From Sarea resinae (taxonomy: Eukaryota), in assembly GCA_026026165.1 (NCBI GenBank), contig JAPEUD010000028.1, forward strand, positions 124,001 through 188,000: a stretch of DNA of 64,000 nt, given 5' to 3'. The notes under the pieces are model-generated. The model worked only from the letters and a program-made list of their open reading frames with translations. It was not told where the DNA came from and did not search any database. The position numbers and the translations under genes were made by a program. Numbering within the stretch: the stretch's first letter is position 1; every line of letters begins with the position of its first letter. Shown here piece by piece: positions 50,463 through 63,214 of the stretch.

Positions 50463-52652
50463 GATGATGTCTGGTTGAAGGTGTTATGGGATGTATGATG
50501 AAAGGAGGATTGCAATTGAGACGCAGGATATGTCGGTCAGGGTGAGTTACAGTGATGCGAGGTGGAAGGTTTGAAGGAGGACGAAGGGACAGGAAGAGAT
50601 GAGGTTGAAGTAGGGTGGTGGAGGAGTGAAGGACGAGCTGGATGGCTAGGGTAGGTTGGGTTTCCAAAGTATCAGACAGCTGACACTGACGATACCACAC
50701 CACTCGAGTCGTGCGTGGGATGAGGTGACTGCTGCTCTAAGAAAATTGCTCTGGTGGGTTTCAATAACGATAATACTACTACGGCAAGTACTTCACACAG
50801 CGAGTTGTGCGTGAGGTGCGAGCAGTGATGCGTGATATGAGAGAGATATCCGCTCGTTTCCTGTCCGATTCAAGCTCTGCCTCGTAAATACCTCAAGATA
50901 GCGGAAAAGCAATGGCCAGGGAGAGAAACGCCGTGGGCGAGGACAACGATACGACAGCGACCAGCCCCTGGTAGCGCCAAGTAGTCGCTGCATCCCGTGC
51001 TATCTCGGTACCAGAGGGATACACATGGTAAGATGCTACTGGAACTGGCAACATGTAGCGTCGCACACACAACGGGGGGGGAAGTACTTGCAGTCAGGGC
51101 CTGCGGTCGCTCAACTCACTTCACGTTACGTTACCACGTCTCGTACCCGGCAAGTCGCCTCACCTTGGCTGATGCATTGGCAGCTTTTAGGTACTTGGCT
51201 GCTCGTGGCCGGAGCCACTGATGCGCGCCGAGGGGGCCACGATATGCGTGGAAAAGGACACCCCGACCTTGATTGGCTCAGCAATGCATTGGACGGCCCT
51301 TCTCTCTTCCACCCGTCGTTCCATCGTCGCTGATCCTGGTTCAGATCGCGATGGCGGCCGCTGTTTGCCCACGGCCAACTGATGAGGAGCATTCGAATGC
51401 TTCAACCTCGCTTCCCCCTCCAATCAGAAGCCATGTTTGTTGGGCGTCCAGCAGAAGGCATTCATACGTAATGCTCTATTAATATCGAGCCTTGGAGAGA
51501 ATCGGATAAGATCATGCATCGTTTTCCTTTGTCGAATCTCTAGAGATTGATAACTTTATTCAAAGATTGCATCTACTCAGAGTACATAGTAAGGCCAAGA
51601 CTTATGATGCCCTTTGAAGCCTTCGCATGTCGCATGTCGTAGGTCAGGGTCGACATAGAATCGTGGTGATTGGAACACCCTCCTCCGATAAGACTGTCAC
51701 TAGCCACCACGAGTAGAGACTGGACTTTGAGATATGAGCAAAGGCTCTAGTTGCCAATCCAGACCCCTAATCCCTGATAGAGCCACAGGTGAAATCTAGA
51801 TAAATTCCGACCCTGCCAAAACCTATTTCTTTTCTCATTCTGATCTTCGCCCGCCGAGCCACCGCTTCTGTCCTGTCAGCCTTCTCCGAGCTCCGCGGAC
51901 GGCAAAACAATTCCGCGGGGTCGCCAAGGGAGTGTCTAGTGATTGCTGGGAGAGCACAAGATTTTTATCCCACTGAGAGTCAAGGAACTCTTTGTCTCAT
52001 GAATCCATTATTGTCGAGCCCCGCTTGGGATCTGATATTCTCTCCAGCTGTTGCTAGGTGGGGTATCTCATTCCCCAACAACTAAGGTGAATCCTAGAAC
52101 CTCAAATGAAAGTACTACAAGCAATGCAAATTTCGAACCAACTTGAGAGAAATAGAAAATCTCCTTATATTCCCCGCTACTTGCCTTGATCAATGTAAAC
52201 AAAAGTTTGGCCGTAGTAACTCTTGGAGTCTACTCGAAACATATTAGGGAACAAAACGTCAAAGCACAGACTTGAATATAAGTAACTCCCATCAAAGGTA
52301 AACGACTAACTCTATTTGCACCGGCTGAATTCTGTGATAGAAAGAGTACATTTAGAACATGAATACATGGTTCGGATTACTATCCACTGCTGGATCTTGT
52401 TTGGGTTGAATTATACAAGCGACCGAAGTTCATCGCCGGAGCAGCGGCTGACTAAGACAACGTGCCGCCTGATGGCCCCGTGATCGACGAGCGCAGGCGA
52501 CCAGACATCAACGAACGCTCATCGACTAACAGCAGATCCCAAACGCCTCCGACCTCTCTGCTCCATCAAAACAGCGCCGACCTACCACTGAGCATATGCT
52601 TAGATCCCTCTTCAAGTCCAAACCACTGCCGTCAGGAGAACAGCAGTTCAAC

Positions 52653-53197
52653 ATGGTGGTGAGTGTCTCCATGCACTTTACCCGCATCGCCTTCGTTGGG
52701 GGCGCGCGCGACGGGACGGACCTAATCAGCACAGCTACTAACCCTCTGGCTCCTCAAAAAGCTCGGTCGAATCACCCACTATGCATTTGATGCTGTACTA
52801 TGTAAGAGATCCCTTGACCCTAACTCGAGTGCGGCGCTCTGCAATCATGACGGCTGACACCTCGTCAGTCTCCGCATTTCTTGCCGGCGTCAAGCGTTCG
52901 ACCGGCCTCACGTATGCCTCCCCCTCTCGGTTTCTTTCTCTTTGCTCCGTTGTATCCCCACGTGCGATGAGCAGCGTGATTCCATTCCCACAGTTTTCCC
53001 CCCTCGATTAGAGGAGAGACAAGACTGACAATCCCCGCCCCCACCGGGACCATAGCCCCAGCGTCAAAACCGAAACCGTAACAGAGAGCAAGGAGGTCAA
53101 GAAGTGGGTCGACAACTATCTGGGCATGGGCGAGTGGATCATGGATCAGAGCATCGCCATAATGGGATCCAGTGCCTGGTTCGAGCGGAAGCGCTGA
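52653..53197 (+). CDS. Small DUF1748-family protein (76 aa, 4 exons; absent from the ORF track)
   Basis: Exons 52653-52658, 52762-52801, 52869-52911 and 53056-53197 have canonical GT...AG sites and CTAAC/CTGAC branches. They give MVLGRITHYAFDAVLFSAFLAGVKRSTGLTPSVKTETVTESKEVKKWVDNYLGMGEWIMDQSIAIMGSSAWFERKR*. Confidence 0.85.
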
Positions 53198-53663
53198 GGT
53201 AGTCCCATCTTCTGAATATGAGGCGTGCTTCCGTTGTTGGTGAAGGCGAAGCTGGGTTTGCAGCTGCGGCGGGAGAGGAGATCACGGGCGAGAGGACTAC
53301 GAAATGAGGGCTGGACTTGCCGACTATATATATCCTTCGATTTTTGTTTCTGTCATGGCTGCCCAGATCAGATGGGTGGAAATGGGGCACGGCGTTCCTT
53401 TGGGATTCCTATTCGTCACTTGCGTATAAGATAAAGCCGACATTACATGTATTGAACATATGCAGTGCTTCATCGCAGACTGAATGTGGTTGCGTCGTTA
53501 TGTCGAATATTTTGCTCGAGAATGGCACGGACACCTGCAGCAGTGAGACCTTTTCGCTATAGCCCAATTCCTCCAGCCCATATTCTACCTACCTATACAT
53601 ACATTTTGAAACACTATCATCGCATTGACTGTCATTGCGGCCTCGCCAAAAGAACAATCGGAA

Positions 53664-54463
53664 TCACACGCCCGTACTTCCCACAACACCTACTTTCCCC
53701 AACCGTTGTACCACCCCAGGCTTCAACCCAAGCCTCCTCTCGATCTCTCCGGGCTGCACACCCTTCCCATCCCGCAGGTTCAAGGCTTGCTGCAGAGTCA
53801 CCACGTCCAGAAATTCCCTGCCGGCATGTCCCCTGCGGCCTGCCTCGAGGAACTCGCGCTCTGCAGCCTGTGCGAGGTCGTCGCGCGCTTTGAGGAGAGT
53901 GATGGCGGGGTTGGTCGCCGGGTCAGGGAATACGGAGGTCGGAGATGATGCGGGTTGGTTGTTGGAATGAGAGTAGGGCGTGGCGGTGGACGAGGGCGAG
54001 AATGTCGGGTTCGGTTGGACGGCGCCGAGGGAGCGGAGGGACTTGAGGAAGGACCGGTGGTCAGGTTGGTTGCTTGAATGATAAAGCAGAAAAGTGGAGG
54101 AGATGAGAAGTGTAGACTTACGGCGGCGAAGTCGGGATCGGCGGCGTCTAGATTTATGGCTGGAGCCCGTGATCGAAGGCGTCAGTAAAGGTCTAAGCTG
54201 CAGACATGGAGAGAAAATAAGGTCTGGGAGCAAACAGTAAGACAAGACAACGCACCTTCGTTCCTCTCGCCACTCGCTCTAGCCTGAGGTCTCACTGTAG
54301 GTCCGGGGGCTTCTCGTCCGCCTGGAGGCGCGGCCGTCTCGGGCGCATTGCTGCCGTGCTGGGGATTGTTGGAGCGGGAGACTCCCGCGGCTGGTCGGGC
54401 AGGGAATTTCCTGCTCGCGGCGCCTGCTGCTGAGCGAGCTGTTTTGGACCCAGAAGCACCCAT
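53664..54463 (-). CDS. Conserved fungal protein with a predicted N-myristoylation signal and a C-terminal helix-turn-helix (3 exons)
   Basis: MGASGSK start; spliced AINLDAADPDFAA|SLRSLGAVQPNPTFS; C-terminal GREFLDVVTLQQALNLRD...EIERRLGLKPGVVQRLG. Confidence 0.75.
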
Positions 54464-55586
54464 TGTGTATCAGGATGTATTGAGGAGACGGCGAGTATCA
54501 GGAGTTGGAAATGACCGGTCTCTTGCTTTTATTGAGATGGCACTCGAGCGGGAGTGGGAGTGAATGAGGTCAATGTCTGGGTTAGCGGCGGCATCCAAGT
54601 ACCTCGTCGACAGGTCTCTACTCTGCAGGATCCGGCTGCGTGCTACTTGAGAGAAGTAACTTATCTTATCTCTGCTGATCTTGGGATATCCCTCGGCCCT
54701 AGATCTTTTCCTCTCTTCCCCGTCCATCGTGAGACTGAGGTTGTCTTGAGTGCTTGAAGATGAACGCTTCGAGTAGCCACCAGACGCTCATTCCCCCGCT
54801 GTTTCTAGACAGTATGTGTCTGTCTAGATACAGATCTTCAATTCGATGATCAATCAAATGAAGAGATCTGGTGCTACTTATTTCGTTTCATTGCTTGTCC
54901 CGCTAGCAGATAGAAGGCTACCTCCCTTACCTACCTACCTAAGGGTACAGTTCTTTTCAGAAGTCGGAGATATAGGTACTATGATTACCATCATCGACCT
55001 TATCACTGCTGCAACTAAGAAGTCGGAAGTTCACAACTCTACCTATCTCAAGTCCACTTGATCTACCCTCTACATCAGACACTTGTGCCACTAGACTCCC
55101 CCAAAATAGACTGAAGCATGGCACCTCGATCAAGGGACAGCAAAGACGCATGCTGTATTGTTGAACTGGAGATGGTCGAGGCACTCAAGCTTCGTCTAAT
55201 TGGACCCTGACGATAAGGCGACGATGGCGTATCGATACACGCACAGACCATGTTCTATTGCCCCGCCGGCCACCTCGCGCGTTGCAGAAGCCATCACTGT
55301 CTCCTTTTGAGACAACAAGAAGGGGATTCAGACGGGTGACAGGATTCTGCCCAGCACGACTTGTAGTCCACGATCGAGCAGCCGGGTCAACGATCATACG
55401 GAGGAAAACGAGTCGACAAGTCTGAACGCCAAGACGTCGACCTCCAGAAACTTACGCCGGTCCTTGCCTCTGTGTACCTTTCCTGCATAAAGGCCTCCAT
55501 CATTGAACATACAAAGGGCAATTGCCAGATACACAACTTCTCTGCAACGACCCCTAAGCCTCCTCACTCGTCCATCTACTACCACG

Positions 55587-56464
55587 ATGCCGCCCTCGAC
55601 CATCGACGCCAGCCTGCCGGCTCCAATCCGGCCCTTTTTCCCTGCCGACGACGCCACGACTTCCGAGTCCCCGGCGACCAAAACTATCATCTCGACGCTC
55701 GGGCTCCAAGAACATATCGAAGGCGGATACTTTGTCGAGACGGACCGCGATTCCTGGCGGATTCCGAATCCGTTCCTCCCGGCCTCGTCCTCCTCTACAA
55801 CCGACTCCACCCGCAACGCCAGCACCACCATCTACTACTTCCTGACGCCCACGTCACCGCAGGGCGCCTTTCACCGCAACAAAGGCCGCACGGTCCATAC
55901 GCTGCATAGTGGGCGAGGCCGCTACGTGCTGATCCACGCGGACGAGGTCTCGGACGGCATCGACGCAGAGGGGACCGAGAAGTGGAAGGGCAAAGCGAGG
56001 GTCGAGACGTTTATCGTCGGCCACGATGTCAGCAAGGGCGAACGCCTCCAGTGGATCGTCGATGGCGGCAAGTATAAGGCGTCGTTCTTGTTGCCGGATG
56101 AGGACGACGACGGCACGGACGCCACGACGAGCAAGGGTCTCTTGATCAGCGAGGTGAGATTTTCTTTTGCTTGCCCGTTTCTGTGTTTAGTCGCCTTGTG
56201 GCAGTATCTCTTTTTTCCTTTCGCTTCCCTTTCCCAAATACTCCACCCACGGACAGTCGGGACGAATCCGCACAGCTCTAGTCTTTCACCCTTGCATTAC
56301 TACCCTACTCAACAACCCACCTACTCACTCACACTCACACATATACATAGACCGTGGTCCCAGGCTTCGAATTCACGGACCACGACTTCATGCCGGCCGC
56401 TCGTCTGCACGACCTCGTGTCTCCGGCCCAGGCCGAGGAACTCCTCTGGTTGATCAGGAAGTGA
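55587..56464 (+). CDS. Cupin DUF985 (Cupin_5; yeast Yml079w/Cff1-like)
   Basis: LGLQEHIEGGYFVETDR, STTIYYFLTP...GAFHRN, HTLHSGRGRY, GERLQWIVDGGKYKAS, GLLISE|TVVPGFEFTDHDF (intron 56153-56350). Confidence 0.88.
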
Positions 56465-56479
56465 GTCTGTTGAGAGGGG

Positions 56480-57550
56480 TGTTTAGATACTTGATGGGAG
56501 GGAGGGAGAGACCCAAGGAGAGAGAATACAGGGAGAGAGAGAAAGGGAGAGAAAGCAAAAGAACAAAAGGAATTCCAAAACCATCTTCACGTATTTTGAG
56601 AAAGGGATAGCGGGAAAAGATAGGCCTAGCTAATTCATCTATCCATCTATCCGTCTTTCTAGTATCTTTCCATCCGTTGCGTTCAATCAACCAATGACTT
56701 GATCATCCATCCATTCATCCACTTATCCATCCACGTATCATCCATCCACCTAATATCCATCTATCCAATCACCCGATCACCCACCCAATCGCCCACCCAC
56801 TCAATCACTCAATCACCCACTCAATTACCCACCCGTGCCTCTCAAAACCGCCCGGCCATGCCATGCCTTTCCACACTTCTACACTTCCCTACTTCTACAC
56901 TCTGTTCTAGTTCTACTTCTAATTCCGTGTTCCGTGTTCCTGTCCCTGTCCCTGTTCCGGAGTTTTCCTGACATGGACTCTGTATGTATGTATGTATGTA
57001 CGACAACAGGGGGCAGGGGGGCAATCGATGAAATGAAATGAATGACTGAGTTGTTTGGGTGATTTGTTCCTTTGGCTGGTTGGTCTGTTGAAATGTTTGT
57101 TGGTTTGTTCGTTGGTTTGTTGGGTTTGTTTGGTTGGTAGAGATGAAGGTGGAGATGGAGATGGAGATGCGATTTCGATGAGTATGTATGTGTATAATTT
57201 ATGTATGTGTATAACTTATGTATGTGTATGTGTGTGTGCGTGCGTGCGTGCGTGAGAGAGAGAGAGAGAGAGAGAGAAAAGGAAACAGAAGGCCAACATA
57301 CGTGACGAAAGCCTACCTTTATTTACTCTTTTCAAATTTTCTATCTTCATTTTCCATTTCCTGTATCTTACTTTTGGCTCCTGCTGTCTTCTCCTTTTCT
57401 TTTCCTTTCCTTCCTGTCCCGTTCTGTTAATACAAGACAAGTCTGTACAGTTCAAAGAATCCAACTTAATTCTTTTTAATCGATTCGATTCCAAACATCA
57501 TGGCTCCGTTCCCAATAGGATTTTTGATCCAACCAACCAACTAAACAGGC
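56480..57550. repeat. Microsatellite-rich island 4: (CATC)n, (CCCA/CTCA)n, (TATG)n, (TTGG/TTTG)n, (GT)n(GA)n
   Basis: Directly visible between the convergent DUF985 and JIP5 genes. Confidence 0.85.
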
Positions 57551-57617
57551 CAAAGGGTAGACATGAAGACAGAAACACGAGAGAGAAGGAGAGAACGGCA
57601 CGATTCTCCTGCGCCTC

Positions 57618-59091
57618 CTAATCCATGCCCTTGAACGCCGCGGTGACGTGCTTGCCCGAGTCGCGATCCTTGCCCTTGGACCGCTTGCGCTTCTTGCGTC
57701 TCTTGCGCCCAATGGTCTCGTCCGCGCTGCTGTCGCCGTCGCTGTCCTTGTCACCATCGTCATCGTCACTGTCGCCGGCCTTTCCTCTCTTGTCCCCCGT
57801 ACCACCGACGCCAACACCATTCTCCTCCACCTCCTCCTCTTCGTCGTCATCCTCCTGATCCTCAACCTTCTCGTGCCATACCTTGACGACCATGCCACCT
57901 CCACTGATCAGCCGCCCGGCAGCATCGACCCCCAAGCCGACCACACCCTCGACCTCATCGTGCTGGACCTCGCCAATGACTCTATTCTGTCCCAAGCGCA
58001 CAAAGCTCACACGGCCATCGCCCAGTCCGACGGCCACGATCTTTCCACCAGGCCCGACATCTTCCGGAAGCAGCGCCAACGTATCCAGACTCTCGCCGCC
58101 GCCGGGGCTCCGATCAACAATGATGCGCTCGTCCTGGTCGTCCCACACGCCGCGCTCCCACAGCGTCAGCACGCCGCCGGCGCCGCCCACGAGCACCTTC
58201 TCGCCCTTGCTCCGGCCGGGCCGGGCCGGGAGCCCGCCGACGAACACGGAGCTCAGGAGTTCTTCTTCTTGGTCTTCGCTGCGCACGAGCACGCCGCGGC
58301 GCAGGTCCGTCACCGCGAGCGTCGTGCCGCCCGTCGTCACCCACTGCTTGCTGTATCCGCTCGTGCTGGCTTCGGTTGGCCGTAGCGGAGTCAGGCTGGA
58401 GATGTAGTCGTCGTGCGGACGATGCGATTGCTGTGGTTTGGCCGAGAGGATGTTGGTGCGGAGGTCGTAGAGATGGAGGGCGGAAGAGTCGGTGGCGAGG
58501 AGCAGCGTCTGTGGAGAGAGAGCGTGAAGAAGGCAAGGCGTGTCGAGCGCGTTTGCGTCACTGTACGATTGAGTCAATCAGGCAAAGCTTCCCGGAGGAC
58601 GGCATCGAGCATGAGGACGTACCTGTCTTGGGGAATGGCTATCTTCGAGATCACTTTCCCGGTAGAGGACGAAGCCACCTTGACCAAGCCATCCGTGCCG
58701 GCGGAGAACAGGGCTATTTCACGAATCAGCATCAGCTTCAATCAGTGAATTATTCGTCCCTCGGCGCGTGGGATCCAAAAGACTTCTGCTCTGCCGCGCA
58801 ACAGCAACAGCAACAGCAACAACAGCTCGAGCCACAAGCAATCCACTCACCCTCCCCATCGACCCCAAAGGTCAGACACCGACAACTCCCCTTATGTCTC
58901 CTGGTCCGCCATCCATCTCCTACCAGCCCAAACCCATTCTCGGCCTTCTCCCCACTGTCCCCAGTACCAGGCAAGCGAAACGTCTGGACGTGGCCTGCGG
59001 ACAGTCCGACGGCGAGGACCGACTCGGTGGGATGGACCGCCTGCGCAAAGAGGTCCGAGGTCAGTGGGAGGGTGCACACCGTGTCGAACAT
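57618..59091 (-). CDS. jip5: WD40 protein Jip5/WDR55 (ribosome biogenesis)
   Basis: [21 protein letters not shown]...[15 protein letters not shown]...SAGTDGLVK...[16 protein letters not shown]...PHDDYISSL...[33 protein letters not shown], with an acidic/basic tail ending AFKGMD*. Two predicted introns. Confidence 0.9.
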
Positions 59092-59656
59092 GGCAATTGG
59101 CGTGGCGGCTGCGTCGATGGGTGGATCGACTTTGGGGTTTTGGGAATTGTTTTGGTTCGGGAGCTTGACTTGTTCGTGACGGCTTATTCCGTGGTTATGA
59201 GATTTCCGATAGGGCTGATCGATACGAGGCACAGGGGTCCACTCCTGCGTAGATCGCCTTTACTGGAAGAAGCAGAAGAAGCAGAAGAAGCAGAAGAAGC
59301 AGAAAAAGCAGCCTCCTTCGTCTTTGACACCGGGTCTACTCTGCATAGCATACCAAGTATAATTTCAGCTGATTGCCGACGAGATCGTCCTGCTCCTGTC
59401 CAGATTCAGTGCTAGAGAGATCAACTCGGTCATAAAATCTACATATAGGAGATCTAGACTACAAGAGAACGAATCCAAAAAACAGTAGATAAACAACGAT
59501 TCGCAAGATAGCCTTCCTATAAGTAAAAGTATCCAGATGGCCAAGCACGCTATGGCCGATGTCGATGAGCTACTCGAAATCCGTAGACGGATCATACGCT
59601 GCCGACGGATCATTGGCATCCCCGCGCCTTTTTCGTCTCGTCCTTGGCTGTGCACG

Positions 59657-62600
59657 CTATCCAGCAGCGAGAGCAGCTTTGAGTCTCCTGCCTTCCTCCA
59701 CCGAAACAGAAACAAGATTGTTGACAGTAGTGCCGCATCTCCGGGCATGGTTTCTCTTCCGCTGCGCGTTTCCATCTGAATTAGTGATGCCCCTACGGCC
59801 GCCTCGGATGGAAAAACTTACTTCTCGGCCCAGATTATGCACATTAGTCCAGCAGACTGGGCAATGGTCACGGCTATTGTCTGCCGGTAGCTCGGTCCCA
59901 TGTGAAGGATTTGCCGTTACCACATTCTGGGGGCCAGGCGCCGCGGTTGAAGTACCTGTGGCATTAGTCTGCTGAGGGGCCTTCTGCTTCGACTGTGTTT
60001 TGGATGTTTTCACTTTCTTCGCGGGACGTTCAGGTTCTGCTTCTTCGTTGACCTCGGTGGATGGCAGGCTACCACTGGATAGACTGGCTACTTCGAACAG
60101 GCTCTGATTCTCAGAACTCGCGCTTGAAGAAGCCGTGGCACCAGTCCAATCATCAGCCTTTCGCTTACCATGTGCCCTTCCTCCTGTCACACTTTCCTCA
60201 GGCACGCCCTCTGAAGGCTCGCTACTTTCAACAGTGGTTCGGTGAGTTTCAGGCGAGACCGATGTATTGATCGTGCTCTGGGAACTTGGCACCGTCGTCG
60301 AAGCAAAGGAGGGCGTCGAGATGAAGCTTCGGAGCTCTGATGACGCGGCTGAGTCAGAAGATATCGTGATCGTGGTGTGGGGAGTCTGCACGCTGGGCGT
60401 GGAAGAAGACACGGATATCACTTTCCTCGGGGGCGGCATAGCGGGCGAGGAAGAAGAAACCGGGATGGCATTCCTCGGAGACGGGTTAGCAGGCGAGGAA
60501 GAGATCACAATTGCATTCCCGGGCGAGCCTCCACGCCCCCGGATTTGCTGACGCCTCTTCCCAGCAGCCGCAATATATTCCTCGACGGAACCCCCGTCCG
60601 ACACGGAGTCCCCCTCCGACCCTTCCTCCGACCCTTCCTCCGATTCTTCTGGATCGAAGCCAGGGGGCAGTTCTTCGGGGTCAAGTATATCAAGAGGAGC
60701 TTGTGGAAGAGCCATTCGCCCGACGACCAGACCATGCTGCGCCCCATTCGGAATTCCCTTGGCTTCAGGAGCGCCTTCCAGATGAGATCGGAAGTGTTCG
60801 AGGATATCCTATGGCGAAAGTTAGCACTCCAGATGATCGAAGCTCTTCTTGGTCACTCACCTCCTGCTTGTCATCTATCTTGGACCACACCTTGCTGCAC
60901 AGGGGGCAAGCATTGAGTGCGTTATCAATGTGGTCCTGATAATGTCTTGCTACCTAGGACCTAATCAGTGGATTTTCCAAGACCTTAAAAAGGATTGGCA
61001 ACGAACATCATCTTTATCGTAGGGGAAAACTTTATAGCAGAGACGACAGAAGGACTCCCGACGGAGGATTTCGTTCTCCAGAAGCTTTGCCCGATTCTGG
61101 AGCTTGTCCAATTCGGCAATGGTAGTCACGCGCGGGAAGATGGAAGGCATATCGGGACCTCCACCAACCTCCTCGCCAATGTTCTCCCTGTATGTGGGCA
61201 CGCCGATACGCTTCTTCTTATCTGAATTGCGGGATCGGTAATACTCCTCTAGCTGCTTTCGGACTTTTTCTGAAAGTGGATGTAAGTTATCACGTTTTAG
61301 AGAAAAGCGGAAATACACACCTTCAGCGGTCTTGTTTTCGGCGGCAACGCCCCGAGTGGTTCTCAGATGCACAGACTCATTCTGGTTTCCAGGCGTCGAG
61401 ATGCTCCCATCCCCAGACGTCAAGGCGCTCTGACTCCTCAAAGTCGAGGACCTTAGACTCCTGTTTGTCGGGGTACTCCGATTTCCAGATGTCCATGATC
61501 TGGAACGTTGATTCAAAGGCCAAGATTTTATTATCAAATTACGTACGTAATCAAAGCCACTGAGTGGAATCTGAATGATAAGGTCAGCAAGAAGGTCGAA
61601 AACAACTCTCTGGAACCAAATCCTTACATAGTTAACGGGATAAACCACTATATCACCATCAATCTTGAGATGGCTGTCGACGAAAAGTTTATCGGGCATA
61701 TCATAATGGAAATTTAGAAGCTTCCCAGTACGTACGATTTGGGCCTTGAATGACCCAGTTTCTTTGACATAAGGCTCTTCCAACAGATCAAAAACGGTCT
61801 CCCACAAAAGATCCTTGAGATGAACATCTGCGGCATCCCAGACCCTGTAACTCGTGGGAATGGTTTCTTTGCCGCTGTGTATCTTGATTTTCTTCATCTG
61901 TAACAGGCTATCAGCTCGACTCGGCCACCTAGAACGAATACCTACGTAGTGCTTTTGAACAACTGGGTTTGTGCCCGACCGAGAGAGCACAGCCGATTCA
62001 ATGGCCTTGAGCTGAAGGTCGAGATCACCGGATGCGAGAAGAAGATATGGTCGGCGGCTTATGAAATCGTCGAGGGTTGGCCAAATCCGCATTTTCCAAG
62101 GCGGTCTCCGTAAATCTAGCAGCTTACGAGATTCTTCGAGGAACCTTTTGGCTATTACTGGACCCAACAAGGTTTTTTCACGGTCTCCATCAACGTCAAT
62201 AATGCTGATGTTTGATGGGATTGGCTTTTCGCTACTGGAAGCGGGTTGTGGTGGAACACGTACGGTCCCGGATGGTTGCGAATCGTTCGCCTCAACTGAA
62301 GCAGACTTCTGGACCTTGGAACAGCCCCTTGTCAATTTACTTGTAGATTTATTGCTGAGATTGGCTCACTTACCTTTGGATCGTTCTTGACACAGTAAAA
62401 GTATAACTCGACAGGAGTATTTCCTCTCTTGTTCGTAAGGCTTTCCAACCGGGTCAACAGTTCATCGAACTCTTTCGAGGGAAGCTTGCTCATGAGAAGC
62501 TCCTTGACAACGTCCAAGGTGAACTTGATGGATTTCCTATCAGGAAATTGGATTGCAAAAGTCGAACTAGGAAGGGACCGCGGAAACAGGAATTGGGCTA

Positions 62601-63214
62601 CATCAAGAAGCAGCCAGAACCCTCTCAGGTGTGGTTTATCTCTTCGGTAGAAGCCCGACTGGGAGAGGCAATAGCCTATTTGGTTGTTCGAAAACTTGAT
62701 CCAAGTCCCGTCGACGTTAGACCTGTCTTCGATCTGACAAATCCTGTACTTCACGTTAGGCAGTTTCAAGAGCGGCTGAATTCTCTTCTTGAACAAGGCC
62801 TCTCCAGACTTGGGTGACTGCAAAAGGCGGAGCTGTAGAACAAACGCCATATTGTCTTTCTCGCCCGTTGGCATAACGCCAAGGTAAAGACTCCCAGTAC
62901 CGGGGTATGCCGATGAGATCCGACCGCCAACCTCACGAGAAACACGCTCGAAGGTGGCGTACGAGAGATCCGAAAGATAAAGCCCGCCGAGTGCACCATC
63001 GATGAATGGTCTAGCGTTCACCGTGACTGACTTGACTGGGGAGAGTCAGCAGCTTTTCTCCGAGCAATGAGATCATGGGCCACTCGCTTTTGAGGGTGCC
63101 TCTGAGCATATTGAAGAGCCCCTGAGGGAGATCTCGCTTCCGGCTTGGAAGTCCGAATATTTGGGCTTCCGGGGAATCTAGGCGGTATGATCGTCGGGCG
63201 CTGGACAGGATCAC
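59657..63214 (-). CDS. Large uncharacterised multi-exon protein with three C-terminal zinc-finger-like motifs; 5' end unresolved and may extend further right
   Basis: Consecutive long minus-strand ORFs (62332-63021, 60965-62335, 59657-60715) can be joined by 50-60 nt introns with branch sites. Splicing yields CRLC...HYQDH, CPLC...HFRSH and CPVC...HARRC. Confidence 0.6.
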
